Below are positions 37,137-47,184 of a stretch of DNA of 64,000 bases, piece by piece; positions within the stretch are counted from its first letter, which is position 1; every line of letters begins with the position of its first letter. The stretch lies in assembly GCA_965197545.1 (NCBI GenBank), contig CBDANJ010000008.1, positions 1,317,035 to 1,381,034 of the forward strand, read 5' to 3'. The position numbers and the translations under genes are program-made. This DNA comes from Dehalococcoidia bacterium. Lineage in GTDB: Bacteria > Chloroflexota > Dehalococcoidia > Lucifugimonadales > UBA3495. The notes beneath the pieces are model-generated. The model worked only from the letters and a program-made list of their open reading frames with translations, made no database searches and was not told where the DNA came from.

Positions 37137-37626
37137 AGCCGCTCAACATGAGCCGGAGCTATAGGGTCTTTCGACCACGACGGCGGTGGCGATAGGTCCG
37201 TAACGCAATCTCCGCACCATGCCCTCGCGACCCTGCCCCCGTCACCTCGACCTCCTCATCCAGGACCCTTCCCCGCTCGGTGCGGTTAGCCCGAAGGCCC
37301 CGCCTCTTATCGGCTCCGGATAGCCCTTCACGCCGCTCTTCGTCTCGCCACTCCCCGGTAACGGTCGTTTTCAGGCAACATTACCCCCGCCGGTGACAAA
37401 CTTTATGAGTAAAATCCACCTATTGACATGTCAAACGGCGATAGACTACATTGCGCTGGCTTCCCATCTGAATATTTTATGTCCTGATGCGAATGTTCGG
37501 ACAAAAATTGCTGCTATCGTGAAATATATTGACGATGCGGTTAATAATGACCTGGATATTGAGTCGCATTCGTCGCTGACATGCACAGGTATAGGTCCTG
37601 GCTTTCGAAATTTAGGAGGTGTTTTC

Positions 37627-39447
37627 ATGGGCTACCGCTGGTTCCGGAACTCCAGACTACTACTATTGTCTCCCCTGTTCATGCTGCTGATATTCGTCAT
37701 CGGCTGTGGTGGTCAGCCGGCGGCAACGGCCCCAGCGGCCACTACGGCTCCCGCCGCCGCCGCGGTGGCCGCCACACCGGCTCCTGTATCCACTTCCCAG
37801 AGCCCAGCCTCCAGTGCGGCGGCTACGGACGCACCCGTCCCTGCGGCTACAACCGCACCGCAGCCGATCGTTGCCGACACCGGTAAAGTTGGCGGCGTAC
37901 TCCGAACGCAGGTCTTTGGATTCCCAGCCCAGACTTTCACCCCTCACGTGAACTGGCAGGCCTTCGTTTTTGCCGGTGGAGCTTGGAGCTTGCTTGTCGA
38001 GTTTGACCCCACGACCCCGGACCCCTTCGACATAAGGCCAGACTTGGCCAAAAGCTGGGAGATTAGCGAGGACGGCCTGACCTACACCTTCGCCCTCCAT
38101 GACAACGTTAAGTACCATGATGGCACCCCCGTGACTGCTGACGACGTGGTTTACAGCATGGACAGGATGACACGCCTCCGAGGTTCGACTAGATCACCCC
38201 TGAAGACCTATTACGAGGAGGGGAACACCCAGGCTATAGACCAGAACACCGTGGCGATCACGACGAAGTTCCCCACTCAGGACCTTCTAGCCGTCCTTGG
38301 GATGAATTCATCCTACATTGTCTCTGAAGCCTGGCAGACGTCGGTGGAGGAGGGCCAGACAGACGAGCAGTTGGGGCAACCGTTTGACAAGGTTATGGGC
38401 TCTGGCCCGTTCAAGTCAGGCGAGACCGTCAGAGACGTTTCTATAGAAGTGGTGAGGAATGAGGACTACTTCAAGGATGGGTTCCCACTTCTTGACGCCG
38501 TAAAGCATGTTGTGATCATCGAAAAGGGCACCATAATCGCGGCCTACAAGACCGGACAGGTGCTGATGAGCTCATACCCTCTCACTAATCTGACCACTCG
38601 GGAAGCATTGACGCTGGACCAAGAAACTCCGGATGTTACGGCCTATTTCACTCCACCCAATAACACATTCCCGATTCGGTTCAACCATAGGCGTGCTCCC
38701 TTCGATGACCCTCGAGTCAGACAGGCCTTTAATCTAGCATTCCACCGTCAGGCAATTCGAGATGTGGTGGGTCACCCAGATGTAGGCGCCGTCGCCCCTC
38801 CCATAACGGGGATCATGGCAGCCGGGCCGTGGGGCAGGACCGAGGAAGAGATAAGTCAGCTACCTGGATACAGGGAGCTTAACGGTGAGAAACACCCAGA
38901 TGACATAGCTGCCGCCAAAAAGCTTTTGGCCGACGCAGGCTACCCTAATGGTTTCGAGACGACCTTCTTGGCTACCCCCATAGAGAGGCCTGGTGTGGTC
39001 CCGCTATTCACAGACCAGCTAAAGGAGTTCCTGAACGTCACTCTGGTGACTGAAACAGTTGACCTCGCCACGATGGCCAGACGCATTGATGCACGTGATA
39101 TGGACATATGGGTGGACACCAGCCCCCCTCTAATCGTCGCGCCGGATAACTGGTTGTGGCAGGCATATATGCCGTTGACCGGTACGGTGAGGGCCAGTGG
39201 CTGGGATGTGCCTCAAGCGTTCCAGGATGCGGTCCAGGCGCAGGCACAGGAGCAGGACCCGGAAAAACGTTTGGTCATGATTCGGGAGATCGAGAACTTC
39301 CTCATGACCGAGGACCCTGGCCCATGGATAGTGATGTTCTGGGAAGCGAGACAGGTCATTGTGAACGACAGGGTAAAGGGATTCAACATGCCAGCTCTCG
39401 CAATTTCCCAGCTAAAGTTTGAGCACATTTGGTGTGATCCCTGTTAA
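37627..39447 (+). CDS. ABC transporter substrate-binding protein, family 5 (peptide/nickel type), lipoprotein
   Basis: AGGAGG then ATG 37627; lipobox LLIFVIGCGG; Ala/Thr/Pro linker; long SBP-5 core. Confidence 0.85.
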   Translation: MGYRWFRNSRLLLLSPLFMLLIFVIGCGGQPAATAPAATTAPAAAAVAATPAPVSTSQSPASSAAATDAPVPAATTAPQPIVADTGKVGGVLRTQVFGFPAQTFTPHVNWQAFVFAGGAWSLLVEFDPTTPDPFDIRPDLAKSWEISEDGLTYTFALHDNVKYHDGTPVTADDVVYSMDRMTRLRGSTRSPLKTYYEEGNTQAIDQNTVAITTKFPTQDLLAVLGMNSSYIVSEAWQTSVEEGQTDEQLGQPFDKVMGSGPFKSGETVRDVSIEVVRNEDYFKDGFPLLDAVKHVVIIEKGTIIAAYKTGQVLMSSYPLTNLTTREALTLDQETPDVTAYFTPPNNTFPIRFNHRRAPFDDPRVRQAFNLAFHRQAIRDVVGHPDVGAVAPPITGIMAAGPWGRTEEEISQLPGYRELNGEKHPDDIAAAKKLLADAGYPNGFETTFLATPIERPGVVPLFTDQLKEFLNVTLVTETVDLATMARRIDARDMDIWVDTSPPLIVAPDNWLWQAYMPLTGTVRASGWDVPQAFQDAVQAQAQEQDPEKRLVMIREIENFLMTEDPGPWIVMFWEARQVIVNDRVKGFNMPALAISQLKFEHIWCDPC

Positions 39448-39518
39448 TGGCCGGTCTCTGCAACGGAGGGCAGGTTCCTTGCTCCAAGGGCCTGTCCTCC
39501 GCACTCTAGGGGTAGTAA

Positions 39519-40478
39519 GTGCAGGCTTATATAGTCAAAAGAGTTCTCCTGTTTATCCCCACGGTAATACTGCTTACCGCGTTAGTATTCGTTCTCATGC
39601 GCCTTATCCCGGGAGACCCCGCCCTCAATATCTTGGTCGGACCAGAAAGGGAGTACGACTACACTCAAGAAGAACTGGACAGGCTTAGGGCGGAACTGGG
39701 AACAGACAAGCCGATCTACGAGCAGTACGTCAGATGGATATGGGGTCTTCTTCACTGGGATTTCGGTATCACGTTCTACAGCAAAACCCCAGTCGCGGAC
39801 GACATCGCTCGCACCTTTCCGATTACCCTGGAACTCGCCGTCATAGCGGTACTTGTATCCAGTGCAATCGCCATACCTCTGGGAATGATATCCGCCGTAA
39901 GACAGGACACAGTAGTCGACTACGCGACCCGAATTCTAACCATAGTCGGTATTTCCGTTCCGAACTTCTGGTTAGCCATCCTCCTCATCTTCTTTCTGGT
40001 GTCGACGTTTAACTGGATCGCTCCCCTGGAATACGTCAATCTGTGGGACGATCCGTTGACAAACTTACAGCAGATGGCCTTCCCTGCCATCGCGTTAGGA
40101 GCCACGAACGTGGCCTTCGTGGGCCGAGTGACCCGCTCGACAATGCTGGAGGTGCTCCGGGAGGACTACATCCGCACCGCTAGGTCCAAGGGCCTGGCAG
40201 AGTGGATGGTCATCTACCGGCACGCGCTTAAGAACGCTCTTTTGCCCGTTATAACCGTGTCTGGCTATCAGTTTGGTAGCTTGCTAGGCGGCACCATAAT
40301 CATCGAGAACATATTTCTGATACCCGGGATGGGCAGGATAACCATCGTTGCCCTCCAGCAGCGGGACTACGTCGTGATCCAGTCTGTAGTGATACTCATA
40401 GTAATATTGGTGCTGGTCTTGAACCTGGTGCTGGACATACTCTACGCGTGGCTGAATCCAAGGATCCGGTACACTTGA
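39519..40478 (+). CDS. ABC transporter permease (DppB/OppB type)
   Basis: MQAYIVKRVLLFIPTVILLTALVFVLMRLIPGDP...; EAA-like ...RTARSKGL... Confidence 0.9.
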   Translation: MQAYIVKRVLLFIPTVILLTALVFVLMRLIPGDPALNILVGPEREYDYTQEELDRLRAELGTDKPIYEQYVRWIWGLLHWDFGITFYSKTPVADDIARTFPITLELAVIAVLVSSAIAIPLGMISAVRQDTVVDYATRILTIVGISVPNFWLAILLIFFLVSTFNWIAPLEYVNLWDDPLTNLQQMAFPAIALGATNVAFVGRVTRSTMLEVLREDYIRTARSKGLAEWMVIYRHALKNALLPVITVSGYQFGSLLGGTIIIENIFLIPGMGRITIVALQQRDYVVIQSVVILIVILVLVLNLVLDILYAWLNPRIRYT

Positions 40479-40503
40479 TCCACGTTCGACTCAAGGGGGA
40501 ACA

Positions 40504-41409
40504 ATGAGGCAACAGGGCGCGGCGACAGAATCGCTGCCTGGGCGGTCCCTTCGGGGATTGCTCACTGCCTGGAAGCCCGCGGCTGATTTTGCGAGCCGTA
40601 AGCCATTGGGCGCTTTCGGCGCGGCGGTCGCCATTATTCTGATAGCTGTCGCTATTCTTGCCCCCGTGATTGCAACTGCGGACCCTTACAAGACTGATTA
40701 CAGAAACCTCTTTGCCCCGCCGAACTCAGAGGCGTGGTTCGGGACCGACGATGTAGGCCGTGATGTGTACAGCAGGGTCATCTATGGCTCGAGGATTTCT
40801 CTGTATGTGGGCTTAGTCAGTTCGTTAATCGGCTGTACCATAGGCCTGCTGTTGGGGATTACTAGCGTCCATTTCGGAGGAGTAACTGACCTACTAGTCC
40901 AGAGGATCGTGGATGCTATGATGGCCTTCCCCCTTCTCATCCTGGCCATTGGCATCATGTCTACTCTAGGCGCATCCCTTGAGAACGTGATTATCGCCTT
41001 GAGCGTAGCGTTTATCCCTAGCACCGCCCGGATCCTGCGTTCCCAGGCCCTGGCTGTTAAAGAGATGGATTATGTACTGGCTGCGAGAGCGGTGGGGGCG
41101 GGCAACTGGCGCATAATATTCCGCCACATGATTCCTAATTGTATGGCGGTATACATAGTCATCACGACCTACCTGTTGGGAGCAGCTATTATCTCCGAAG
41201 CGGGACTCAGTTTCCTGGGGGTGGGCGCTCCTCCCGAAGTGCCTTCGTGGGGAGGCATGTTGCAGGTAGCTTCCCAGAACTATGTCTCAGTATCGCCCTG
41301 GTTGGGGGTTTTTCCGGGGCTTGCGATAGCCATCGTAGTGTTCTCCTGGAACATGCTGGGTGATTCGCTCAGAGATGTTCTGGACCCACGCCTGCGTGGA
41401 GTCGGTTAA
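40504..41409 (+). CDS. ABC transporter permease (DppC/OppC type)
   Basis: ...WFGTDDVGRDVYSRVIYGSRISL...YVLAARAVGAGNWRIIFRHMIPN... Confidence 0.9.
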   Translation: MRQQGAATESLPGRSLRGLLTAWKPAADFASRKPLGAFGAAVAIILIAVAILAPVIATADPYKTDYRNLFAPPNSEAWFGTDDVGRDVYSRVIYGSRISLYVGLVSSLIGCTIGLLLGITSVHFGGVTDLLVQRIVDAMMAFPLLILAIGIMSTLGASLENVIIALSVAFIPSTARILRSQALAVKEMDYVLAARAVGAGNWRIIFRHMIPNCMAVYIVITTYLLGAAIISEAGLSFLGVGAPPEVPSWGGMLQVASQNYVSVSPWLGVFPGLAIAIVVFSWNMLGDSLRDVLDPRLRGVG

Positions 41410-41448
41410 GGCTACACTTCCCAAGAACCTCACTCAACCGTCTCCAGC

Positions 41449-41478
41449 TTGACAAGGGTTGGGGGCCTTTGCTAGTAT
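41449..41478 (+). promoter_or_regulatory. sigma70-like promoter upstream of thrC
   Basis: TTGACA (41449-41454), 18 nt, TAGTAT (41473-41478). Confidence 0.4.
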
Positions 41479-41529
41479 CGCGCTTACGCCTCCAGACCCG
41501 TGCTGGGGGTATCATGCTATGTAATCGGG

Positions 41530-42837
41530 ATGGAGGTCGCGGCTCGCGTGTCTTTCGTTAGTGGGCTCAAATGCCGGGAGTGCGGCCGGGAGTTCCCAGC
41601 CGAACCCCTCAATGTGTGTGACTTCTGCTTCGGCCCGTTGGAAGTGGTCTATGATTACGCGACCATTTCCGAGGTCATCAGCCGGGACCGGATCACTCAG
41701 GGTCCCCTAAGTATCTGGCGTTACCAGGACTTGCTTCCCGCCAGTGGGGAGGACCCGGTTGACATAATGGCAGGGTTCACTCCCTTGATGAAAGCGCGGA
41801 ACCTGGGGGAACGCCTGGGGCTCCGCAACCTCTACATAAAAAACGACAGCGTAAACCCTTCGTTCTCTTTCAAAGACAGGGTAGTTTCCGTCGCTTCCAC
41901 CAAGGCTGTGGAATTCGGGTTCGATACCCTCGCCTGCGCTTCTACCGGCAACCTGGCGTGCAGTGTTGCCGCCCACTCGGCGCGCGCCGGCATCCGCTCC
42001 TACGTGTTCATTCCCTGGGACCTGGAGACCGGCAAGATAATCGGGGCCGCCGTCTATGGTCCCACCCTGGTGTCGGTCGAAGGCACCTACGATGAGGTAA
42101 ACCGGCTCTGCAGCGAGTTGGCGGACAACTACCCCTGGGCGTTCGTCAATATCAATATGCGCCCCTACTACGCCGAAGGCAGCAAGACCCTGGGGTACGA
42201 AGTGGCGGAACAGTTGGGTTGGCGGCTACCGGACCACGTGGTCATTCCCAGCGCGTCCGGCGCCATGTTCACCAAGATTTGGAAGGGATTCAATGAACTG
42301 GCGTGCCTGGGTCTGCTGGAGGGGGTGGATGCAAGCTCTTTCGGCCCGGACCAGAACACCGTCCACCATCCCGCCGTGACCACCAAGATGCACATGGCCC
42401 AGGCCGAGGGCTGCTCCCCCATAGTATCCGCTTGGGCAAACGGCCAGGCCCATGTCATCCCGGTGAGGCCCAATACCGTGGCCAAATCGCTGGCTATCGG
42501 AAACCCCGCCGATGGCATATACGCCATCCGGGTGTTGAACGAGTCTCAGGGCACGGCCAACTCGGTGCCTGAGCCCGAGGTTGTAGAAGGCATCAAGTTG
42601 CTGGCGGAAACGGAAGGGATATTTACCGAGACGGCCGGCGGCGTCACGGTTTCCGCATTGAAGACTCTGGCGGAGAGCGGCGCTATCAAACCCGACGAAT
42701 TGACGGTGGTGTACATCACCGGGAATGGGCTAAAGACGATGGAGGCGGTGGAGAGCGTGGTCAATCCTCTCTCCATTAAACCGACCATCAGCTCTTTCGA
42801 AGGCGCTCTTAGTGAGCGCATCGCTGTGGGGGGGTGA
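41530..42837 (+). CDS. thrC: threonine synthase-like PLP enzyme with N-terminal zinc ribbon
   Basis: CRECGREFPAEPLNVCDFCFGPLEV...SFKDRVVSVA...ACASTGNLA...; ORF opens at 41500, start uncertain. Confidence 0.8.
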   Translation: MEVAARVSFVSGLKCRECGREFPAEPLNVCDFCFGPLEVVYDYATISEVISRDRITQGPLSIWRYQDLLPASGEDPVDIMAGFTPLMKARNLGERLGLRNLYIKNDSVNPSFSFKDRVVSVASTKAVEFGFDTLACASTGNLACSVAAHSARAGIRSYVFIPWDLETGKIIGAAVYGPTLVSVEGTYDEVNRLCSELADNYPWAFVNINMRPYYAEGSKTLGYEVAEQLGWRLPDHVVIPSASGAMFTKIWKGFNELACLGLLEGVDASSFGPDQNTVHHPAVTTKMHMAQAEGCSPIVSAWANGQAHVIPVRPNTVAKSLAIGNPADGIYAIRVLNESQGTANSVPEPEVVEGIKLLAETEGIFTETAGGVTVSALKTLAESGAIKPDELTVVYITGNGLKTMEAVESVVNPLSIKPTISSFEGALSERIAVGG

Positions 42838-42843
42838 TGTCTG

Positions 42844-43086
42844 GTGGGAAAGCAGCGTGTCAAGTTCACCTTTCTCGATGACTTGGTGAAGCAGCCGGTG
42901 ATCTACCGGCTGGGCCACAGCTTCCAAATCGTGACCAACATACGGCGGGCCGACGTCCGGGAAGAGATGGGTTGGGTCGTTTTGGAATTGGATGGCGATG
43001 AATCGGAGATTAAGCGCGGTCTCGACTGGGTCAGCGCGATAGGTGTCCGGGTAGACCCTGTGAGCGGGGATGTGGTAGAGGGCTAG
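42844..43086 (+). CDS. NIL-domain protein
   Basis: 80 aa ...VIYRLGHSFQIVTNIRRADVREEMGWVVLELDGDESEIKRGLDWVSAIGVRVDP. Confidence 0.6.
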   Translation: MGKQRVKFTFLDDLVKQPVIYRLGHSFQIVTNIRRADVREEMGWVVLELDGDESEIKRGLDWVSAIGVRVDPVSGDVVEG

Positions 43087-43131
43087 ACTCGTAGTCTGAG
43101 CCTTGGTCCGATCTTAGGAGGAATTGCCCTG

Positions 43132-43410
43132 ATGAGCGTTTTGGTACGGATTCCCACTCCCCTGCGCCGCATGACCAACGGCCGGGACAAGGTGGAAATG
43201 GAGTCGTCCAACCTGAGTGAACTGGTGGAGAAGCTGGACTCGGAGTACCCTGGCTTCAAAGAGCGCCTGGTGGACGAAAACGGCGAACTGCGTTACTTCG
43301 TCAATATCTACGTGAATGGGGAAGACGTTCGCTTCTTGAAAGGACTGGAGACCGCGACATCCACCGGCGACGAGGTAAGCATCGTGCCGGCGGTCGCGGG
43401 CGGCGTGTAA
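43132..43410 (+). CDS. MoaD/ThiS-family ubiquitin-like sulfur-carrier protein (ends ...VAGGV)
   Basis: 92 aa beta-grasp pattern ...YFVNIYVNGEDVRFLKGLETATSTGDEVSIVPAVAGGV. Confidence 0.65.
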   Translation: MSVLVRIPTPLRRMTNGRDKVEMESSNLSELVEKLDSEYPGFKERLVDENGELRYFVNIYVNGEDVRFLKGLETATSTGDEVSIVPAVAGGV

Positions 43411-43414
43411 ACTT

Positions 43415-44596
43415 CTAAGCCCCTCTGGCTTTCAGCCATTTCTCCTTCTGTTGCTGCCGCGCCGCCTCATTCGTGGGGCGGTAGGAATTCCAGAACTCCT
43501 CCCGGAACTGTTGGAATCTTCCCTCGATTATTGATTCCCGCATCTCCGACATCAGCCGGTATATGAACCTCAGGTTATGGATACTGGCTAGTCGCGGCCC
43601 CAGCATCTCCTTGGCACGGAATAGGTGCCAGAGGTAGCCAGCGGAAAACCTTTCGCACGTGTAGCAGTCGCAACCTTCTTCCACCGGCGCGCTCTGGTCT
43701 GCGAACCGTCTCCGTGTGACGTCCACCCTGCCCGTCCGGGTAAACAGAGCTCCGTTGCGGGCCACGCGGGTGGGCAGAACGCAATCGAACATGTCCACGC
43801 CCCGGGCAACCGACTCCACTAGGTCTTCCGGAGAGCCGACTCCCATCAAGTACCGGGGCTTACCTTCTGGTAACCGGCCCGAGACCTGCCCGGTGGTGGA
43901 ATACATCTGTTCCTTGCTTTCACCCACCGCGAGGCCGCCGATGGCGTATCCGTCGAATGGCAACCCGGTGATATGTGTGGTGGACTCGTCCCGCAGCTCC
44001 GGGAACGTTCCCCCCTGGACTATGCCGAAGAGGGCCTGCCGCCCGGCCGAGCCTGATTGCCGATGACCTGTAAGACACTGTTCAGCCCATCGGTGGGTGC
44101 GGTCCATCGCCCGCTGCACCTGGTCCCGCGTTTCCCCGTAGGCAATGCACTGGTCCAGGCACATAATGATGTCCGCGCCCAGCACCCGCTGATTCTCGAC
44201 CGCCTTTTCCGGGGTCATCATGTGTTCGCTGCCGTCGATGTGGGAGCGGAAGCGGATTCCCCCGTCGTCGACCTTGCGCAACGCCCCCATGCTGAACGCC
44301 TGGAACCCTCCGCTATCAGTCAGGATGGGCCGGGTCCATCCCATAAAGCTGTGAAGCCCTCCGAACCGGTCGACGGCATCCACGCCGGGGCGAAGGTACA
44401 GATGGTAGGCGTTGGAAAGCACCATCTCCGCGCCGGTGGCAACTACTTCCTCGGGGGTCAGCCCCTTCACGCTGCCCTGGGTCGCCACGGCTGAAAACAC
44501 CGGTGTTCGGACTGCGCCGTGGGGCGTGTGCATCTCTCCCGCCCTGGCTCCGCCGTCGGAATGGAGTAGCCGGAACGAGAATCCCGTGGGGTTCAT
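43415..44596 (-). CDS. tgt: tRNA-guanine transglycosylase
   Basis: ...TPHGAVRTPVFSAVATQGSVKGL...ILTDSGGFQ...; C-terminal zinc site CDCYTC. Confidence 0.9.
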   Translation of the reverse strand: MNPTGFSFRLLHSDGGARAGEMHTPHGAVRTPVFSAVATQGSVKGLTPEEVVATGAEMVLSNAYHLYLRPGVDAVDRFGGLHSFMGWTRPILTDSGGFQAFSMGALRKVDDGGIRFRSHIDGSEHMMTPEKAVENQRVLGADIIMCLDQCIAYGETRDQVQRAMDRTHRWAEQCLTGHRQSGSAGRQALFGIVQGGTFPELRDESTTHITGLPFDGYAIGGLAVGESKEQMYSTTGQVSGRLPEGKPRYLMGVGSPEDLVESVARGVDMFDCVLPTRVARNGALFTRTGRVDVTRRRFADQSAPVEEGCDCYTCERFSAGYLWHLFRAKEMLGPRLASIHNLRFIYRLMSEMRESIIEGRFQQFREEFWNSYRPTNEAARQQQKEKWLKARGA

Positions 44597-44611
44597 CTTA
44601 GATTCCCTTAG

Positions 44612-44935
44612 TTGGGGTTAGGGCTGAAGAGCATGCGGCCAGAATTACCAGAGCCTCCGCCGTGTTATCATCTAGCATCATGCAAAGTACCTGGTCTTGT
44701 GGATTCCACCTATCCTATCGTGGGGGCGGACCGGGCGCAACAAACGGGTGGTCCCTTGTACGAGTCTTTGTCCCAGTTTCTTAGGACCTTCAGCGAAGGA
44801 TACCCTTTCCCCTGGGCTTTGTCGGTGATGGGCGTGGTTGCCGCGGCCAGCCTGACCTTTTACTTCTTTTGGGAGGTTGTCCTGCGGGTGTTGGCTGCGG
44901 GGTTCTCATCCAAAAGGAGGAGCGGAACGGGCTAA
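44612..44935 (+). CDS. possible small membrane protein upstream of TauE (start uncertain)
   Basis: Only the C-terminal helix WALSVMGVVAAASLTFYFFWEVVLRVLAAGF looks protein-like; stop 2 nt before the next start. Confidence 0.25.
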   Translation: MGLGLKSMRPELPEPPPCYHLASCKVPGLVDSTYPIVGADRAQQTGGPLYESLSQFLRTFSEGYPFPWALSVMGVVAAASLTFYFFWEVVLRVLAAGFSSKRRSGTG

Positions 44936-44937
44936 GA

Positions 44938-46032
44938 ATGCTCTTCCCCAACGCTGAAGTCGTAGTGCATCCTGGCCTGCTGCTCCTATTGGGGCTGATC
45001 CTAGGCACCCTGAGCGGCTTTTTTGGTGTGGGAGGCGGCTTCCTGATCACTGGCGGACTGCTCGTGTTCGGTGTGCCTCCGGTGTTCGCCGTGGGGACTG
45101 GCCTGACCCTAATCATGGGTTCGTCGATCATCAACACCCTAAAGCACCGGAGCCTGGGCAATGTGGATTTCAAGCTGGGCGCGTTGATGGTGTCTGGAAC
45201 TATCCCCGCGATTTTCCTGGCGGAACGGCTCAACTCTGCCCTGGAGGTTGCGGGAGTGGCAGGGCCGGTCATCCGATACATCTACGTCCTGTTCCTGGCC
45301 GCCCTTGGGTTGTTCATCGTTTACGATTATTTGCGGACCAGGCGGCGCGCGGGTCAGCCGCGAGACGGGGACGTTACGACGGCCCGATTGACCCAAAGGG
45401 TCCGTTCCCTCAGAATCCCGCCCCACCGCATCGGGATTCCCGGCGTTGGCTGGTTGCCAACGTATGTCGCCTTGCCCATTTCGGGGATAGACCGGATATC
45501 CGTGTTCATTCCCATCGGAATCGGTTTTGGGATCGGGTTTCTCGCTGGCTTGTTAGGGGCTGGCGGAGGATTCATCCTTATGCCGGTGCTGATTTACGTG
45601 CTGGGAATCCCGACCACGGTGGCCATCGGCACCGACCTGTTTCAGATCGTGATCACCGGCTCAGTGGGGACTTTTGTCTATTCCCTCTCCAACCATGTCG
45701 ACCCCGTGATGGTGGTGATAATGCTTGTGGCGGCGTCCGCTGGGACGCAGTTGGGGGCGACGGCTACCAAATTTGTCGAGGCGGCTCGTATCAGGATTCT
45801 TTACGGGTTGACCATTCTAAGCGGAAGCGTTGCCGTGGGGTTGGAACAGGCGTCCAGCGCCACGGGCCAAGAATGGCTGTCCTGGGCGGCGTCCATCCTG
45901 CTGTTGGGCGTGGCGGGGCTGATGGGCCTGGTAATCCTGGGCTTTCTGATTGCCGCGAAGCGGAATGGCCGCCGCGGAGAGGGTCCCCAGACCGCCGTGG
46001 GCAGCGGGCACGGTGCCTCGCCCGGAGATTAG
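44938..46032 (+). CDS. TauE/SafE-family sulfite/anion exporter
   Basis: ...LILGTLSGFFGVGGGFLITGGLLVFGVP... repeated as ...AGLLGAGGGFILMPVLIYVLGIP... Confidence 0.8.
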   Translation: MLFPNAEVVVHPGLLLLLGLILGTLSGFFGVGGGFLITGGLLVFGVPPVFAVGTGLTLIMGSSIINTLKHRSLGNVDFKLGALMVSGTIPAIFLAERLNSALEVAGVAGPVIRYIYVLFLAALGLFIVYDYLRTRRRAGQPRDGDVTTARLTQRVRSLRIPPHRIGIPGVGWLPTYVALPISGIDRISVFIPIGIGFGIGFLAGLLGAGGGFILMPVLIYVLGIPTTVAIGTDLFQIVITGSVGTFVYSLSNHVDPVMVVIMLVAASAGTQLGATATKFVEAARIRILYGLTILSGSVAVGLEQASSATGQEWLSWAASILLLGVAGLMGLVILGFLIAAKRNGRRGEGPQTAVGSGHGASPGD

Positions 46033-47129
46033 CTCACAAGCTCGCGTACGGTCCTCTCAACGAGTTCCGCTGGTACGTCGCTGCGGACCACGGCTTTCCC
46101 CACCTCTTCCAACATCACCCAGCGGTTGGAACCGCTTTCCGTCTTCTTGTCCAGCGACATGGCGCGCAGCACGTCGGCTGGCGAGACGCCCGAAGCGCGG
46201 GTGGGCAGATTGAACCGGTCCAACAACTGGAAGTGCCGGTCGACCACGTCCTGGGAGATCATGCCCAACTCCCGGGCCATCTGCGCCACGCCGATCATCC
46301 CCACCGAAACGCCTTCGCCGTGGAAAAAGCGCCCATATTCGGTGGAGGACTCCAGGGCGTGCCCGATGGTGTGGCCGTAGTTCAGGAGAATGCGAATTCC
46401 CAGGGTCTCCCGTTCGTCCTGGCTGACGATTTCAGCCTTGATCGCCATACTGCGGCGGATGACCTCGGTTGAAATCTCCGGTTCGACGTCCATCAAGTTC
46501 TCGGCGTGCTCCTCGAACACGTCGACCAGGTCTGAGTCCAATATGAACCCGTGCTTGATCGCCTCGGCCCAACCTTCGGACAACTCGCGCTTGGGCAGAG
46601 AGGAGAGGGACTGAACGTCGGCAAAGACGCCCTTGGGCTGGTAGAAAGCGCCGACCAGGTTCTTGGCCTGAGGGAGGTTTACCGCGACCTTGCCGCCAAT
46701 GGACGCGTCGACCATTGCCGCCATGCTGGTTGGAACTTGGACGAAGGGCATACCGCGTAGATAGGTTGCGGCTACGAAGCCCGCCAGGTCTCCGACGACA
46801 CCGCCTCCAACGGCGACTATGACGTGTCGGCGTTCCGCGCGGCGTTCCACAAGCCAGTCGTATACGGCTTGGGCAAGCTCGAAACTCTTGCTCGTCTCTC
46901 CCGCGGGGATGATGAAGCAATGGGCCGCGATTCCAGCCGACTGCAAGGACCGCTGCACGGTCCGCCCATAGGGGTTCATCACGTTGCTATCGGTAATCAC
47001 GTAGGCGGGTCCGTTCAGCCCCAGGTCCAGGAACCTGCGGCCCAGGTCTTCCATCACCCCCCATCCGGCTATCACGGGATAGCTGCCCCCGGAGTGGGTC
47101 ACGGTTGCGGCGAGGTCGGGGTCTGGCAT
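46029..47129 (-). CDS. aroB: 3-dehydroquinate synthase
   Basis: ...VAVGGGVVGDLAGFVAATYLRGMPFVQVPTS...DASIGGKVAVN...GHTIGHALE...HGEGVSVGM. Confidence 0.9.
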   Translation of the reverse strand: MPDPDLAATVTHSGGSYPVIAGWGVMEDLGRRFLDLGLNGPAYVITDSNVMNPYGRTVQRSLQSAGIAAHCFIIPAGETSKSFELAQAVYDWLVERRAERRHVIVAVGGGVVGDLAGFVAATYLRGMPFVQVPTSMAAMVDASIGGKVAVNLPQAKNLVGAFYQPKGVFADVQSLSSLPKRELSEGWAEAIKHGFILDSDLVDVFEEHAENLMDVEPEISTEVIRRSMAIKAEIVSQDERETLGIRILLNYGHTIGHALESSTEYGRFFHGEGVSVGMIGVAQMARELGMISQDVVDRHFQLLDRFNLPTRASGVSPADVLRAMSLDKKTESGSNRWVMLEEVGKAVVRSDVPAELVERTVRELVS

Positions 47130-47184
47130 ATTAGCTCCTCCAAATCTATATCATTGGCCCGCTACGGCACAAACCGGGGTTGAG

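Noticed and set aside
37393-37626. N-terminal extension of the ABC substrate-binding protein ORF
   Set aside because: The AT-rich segment has no signal peptide. An AGGAGG site and a lipoprotein signal start at ATG 37627, so the extension is probably a 5' leader or promoter region.
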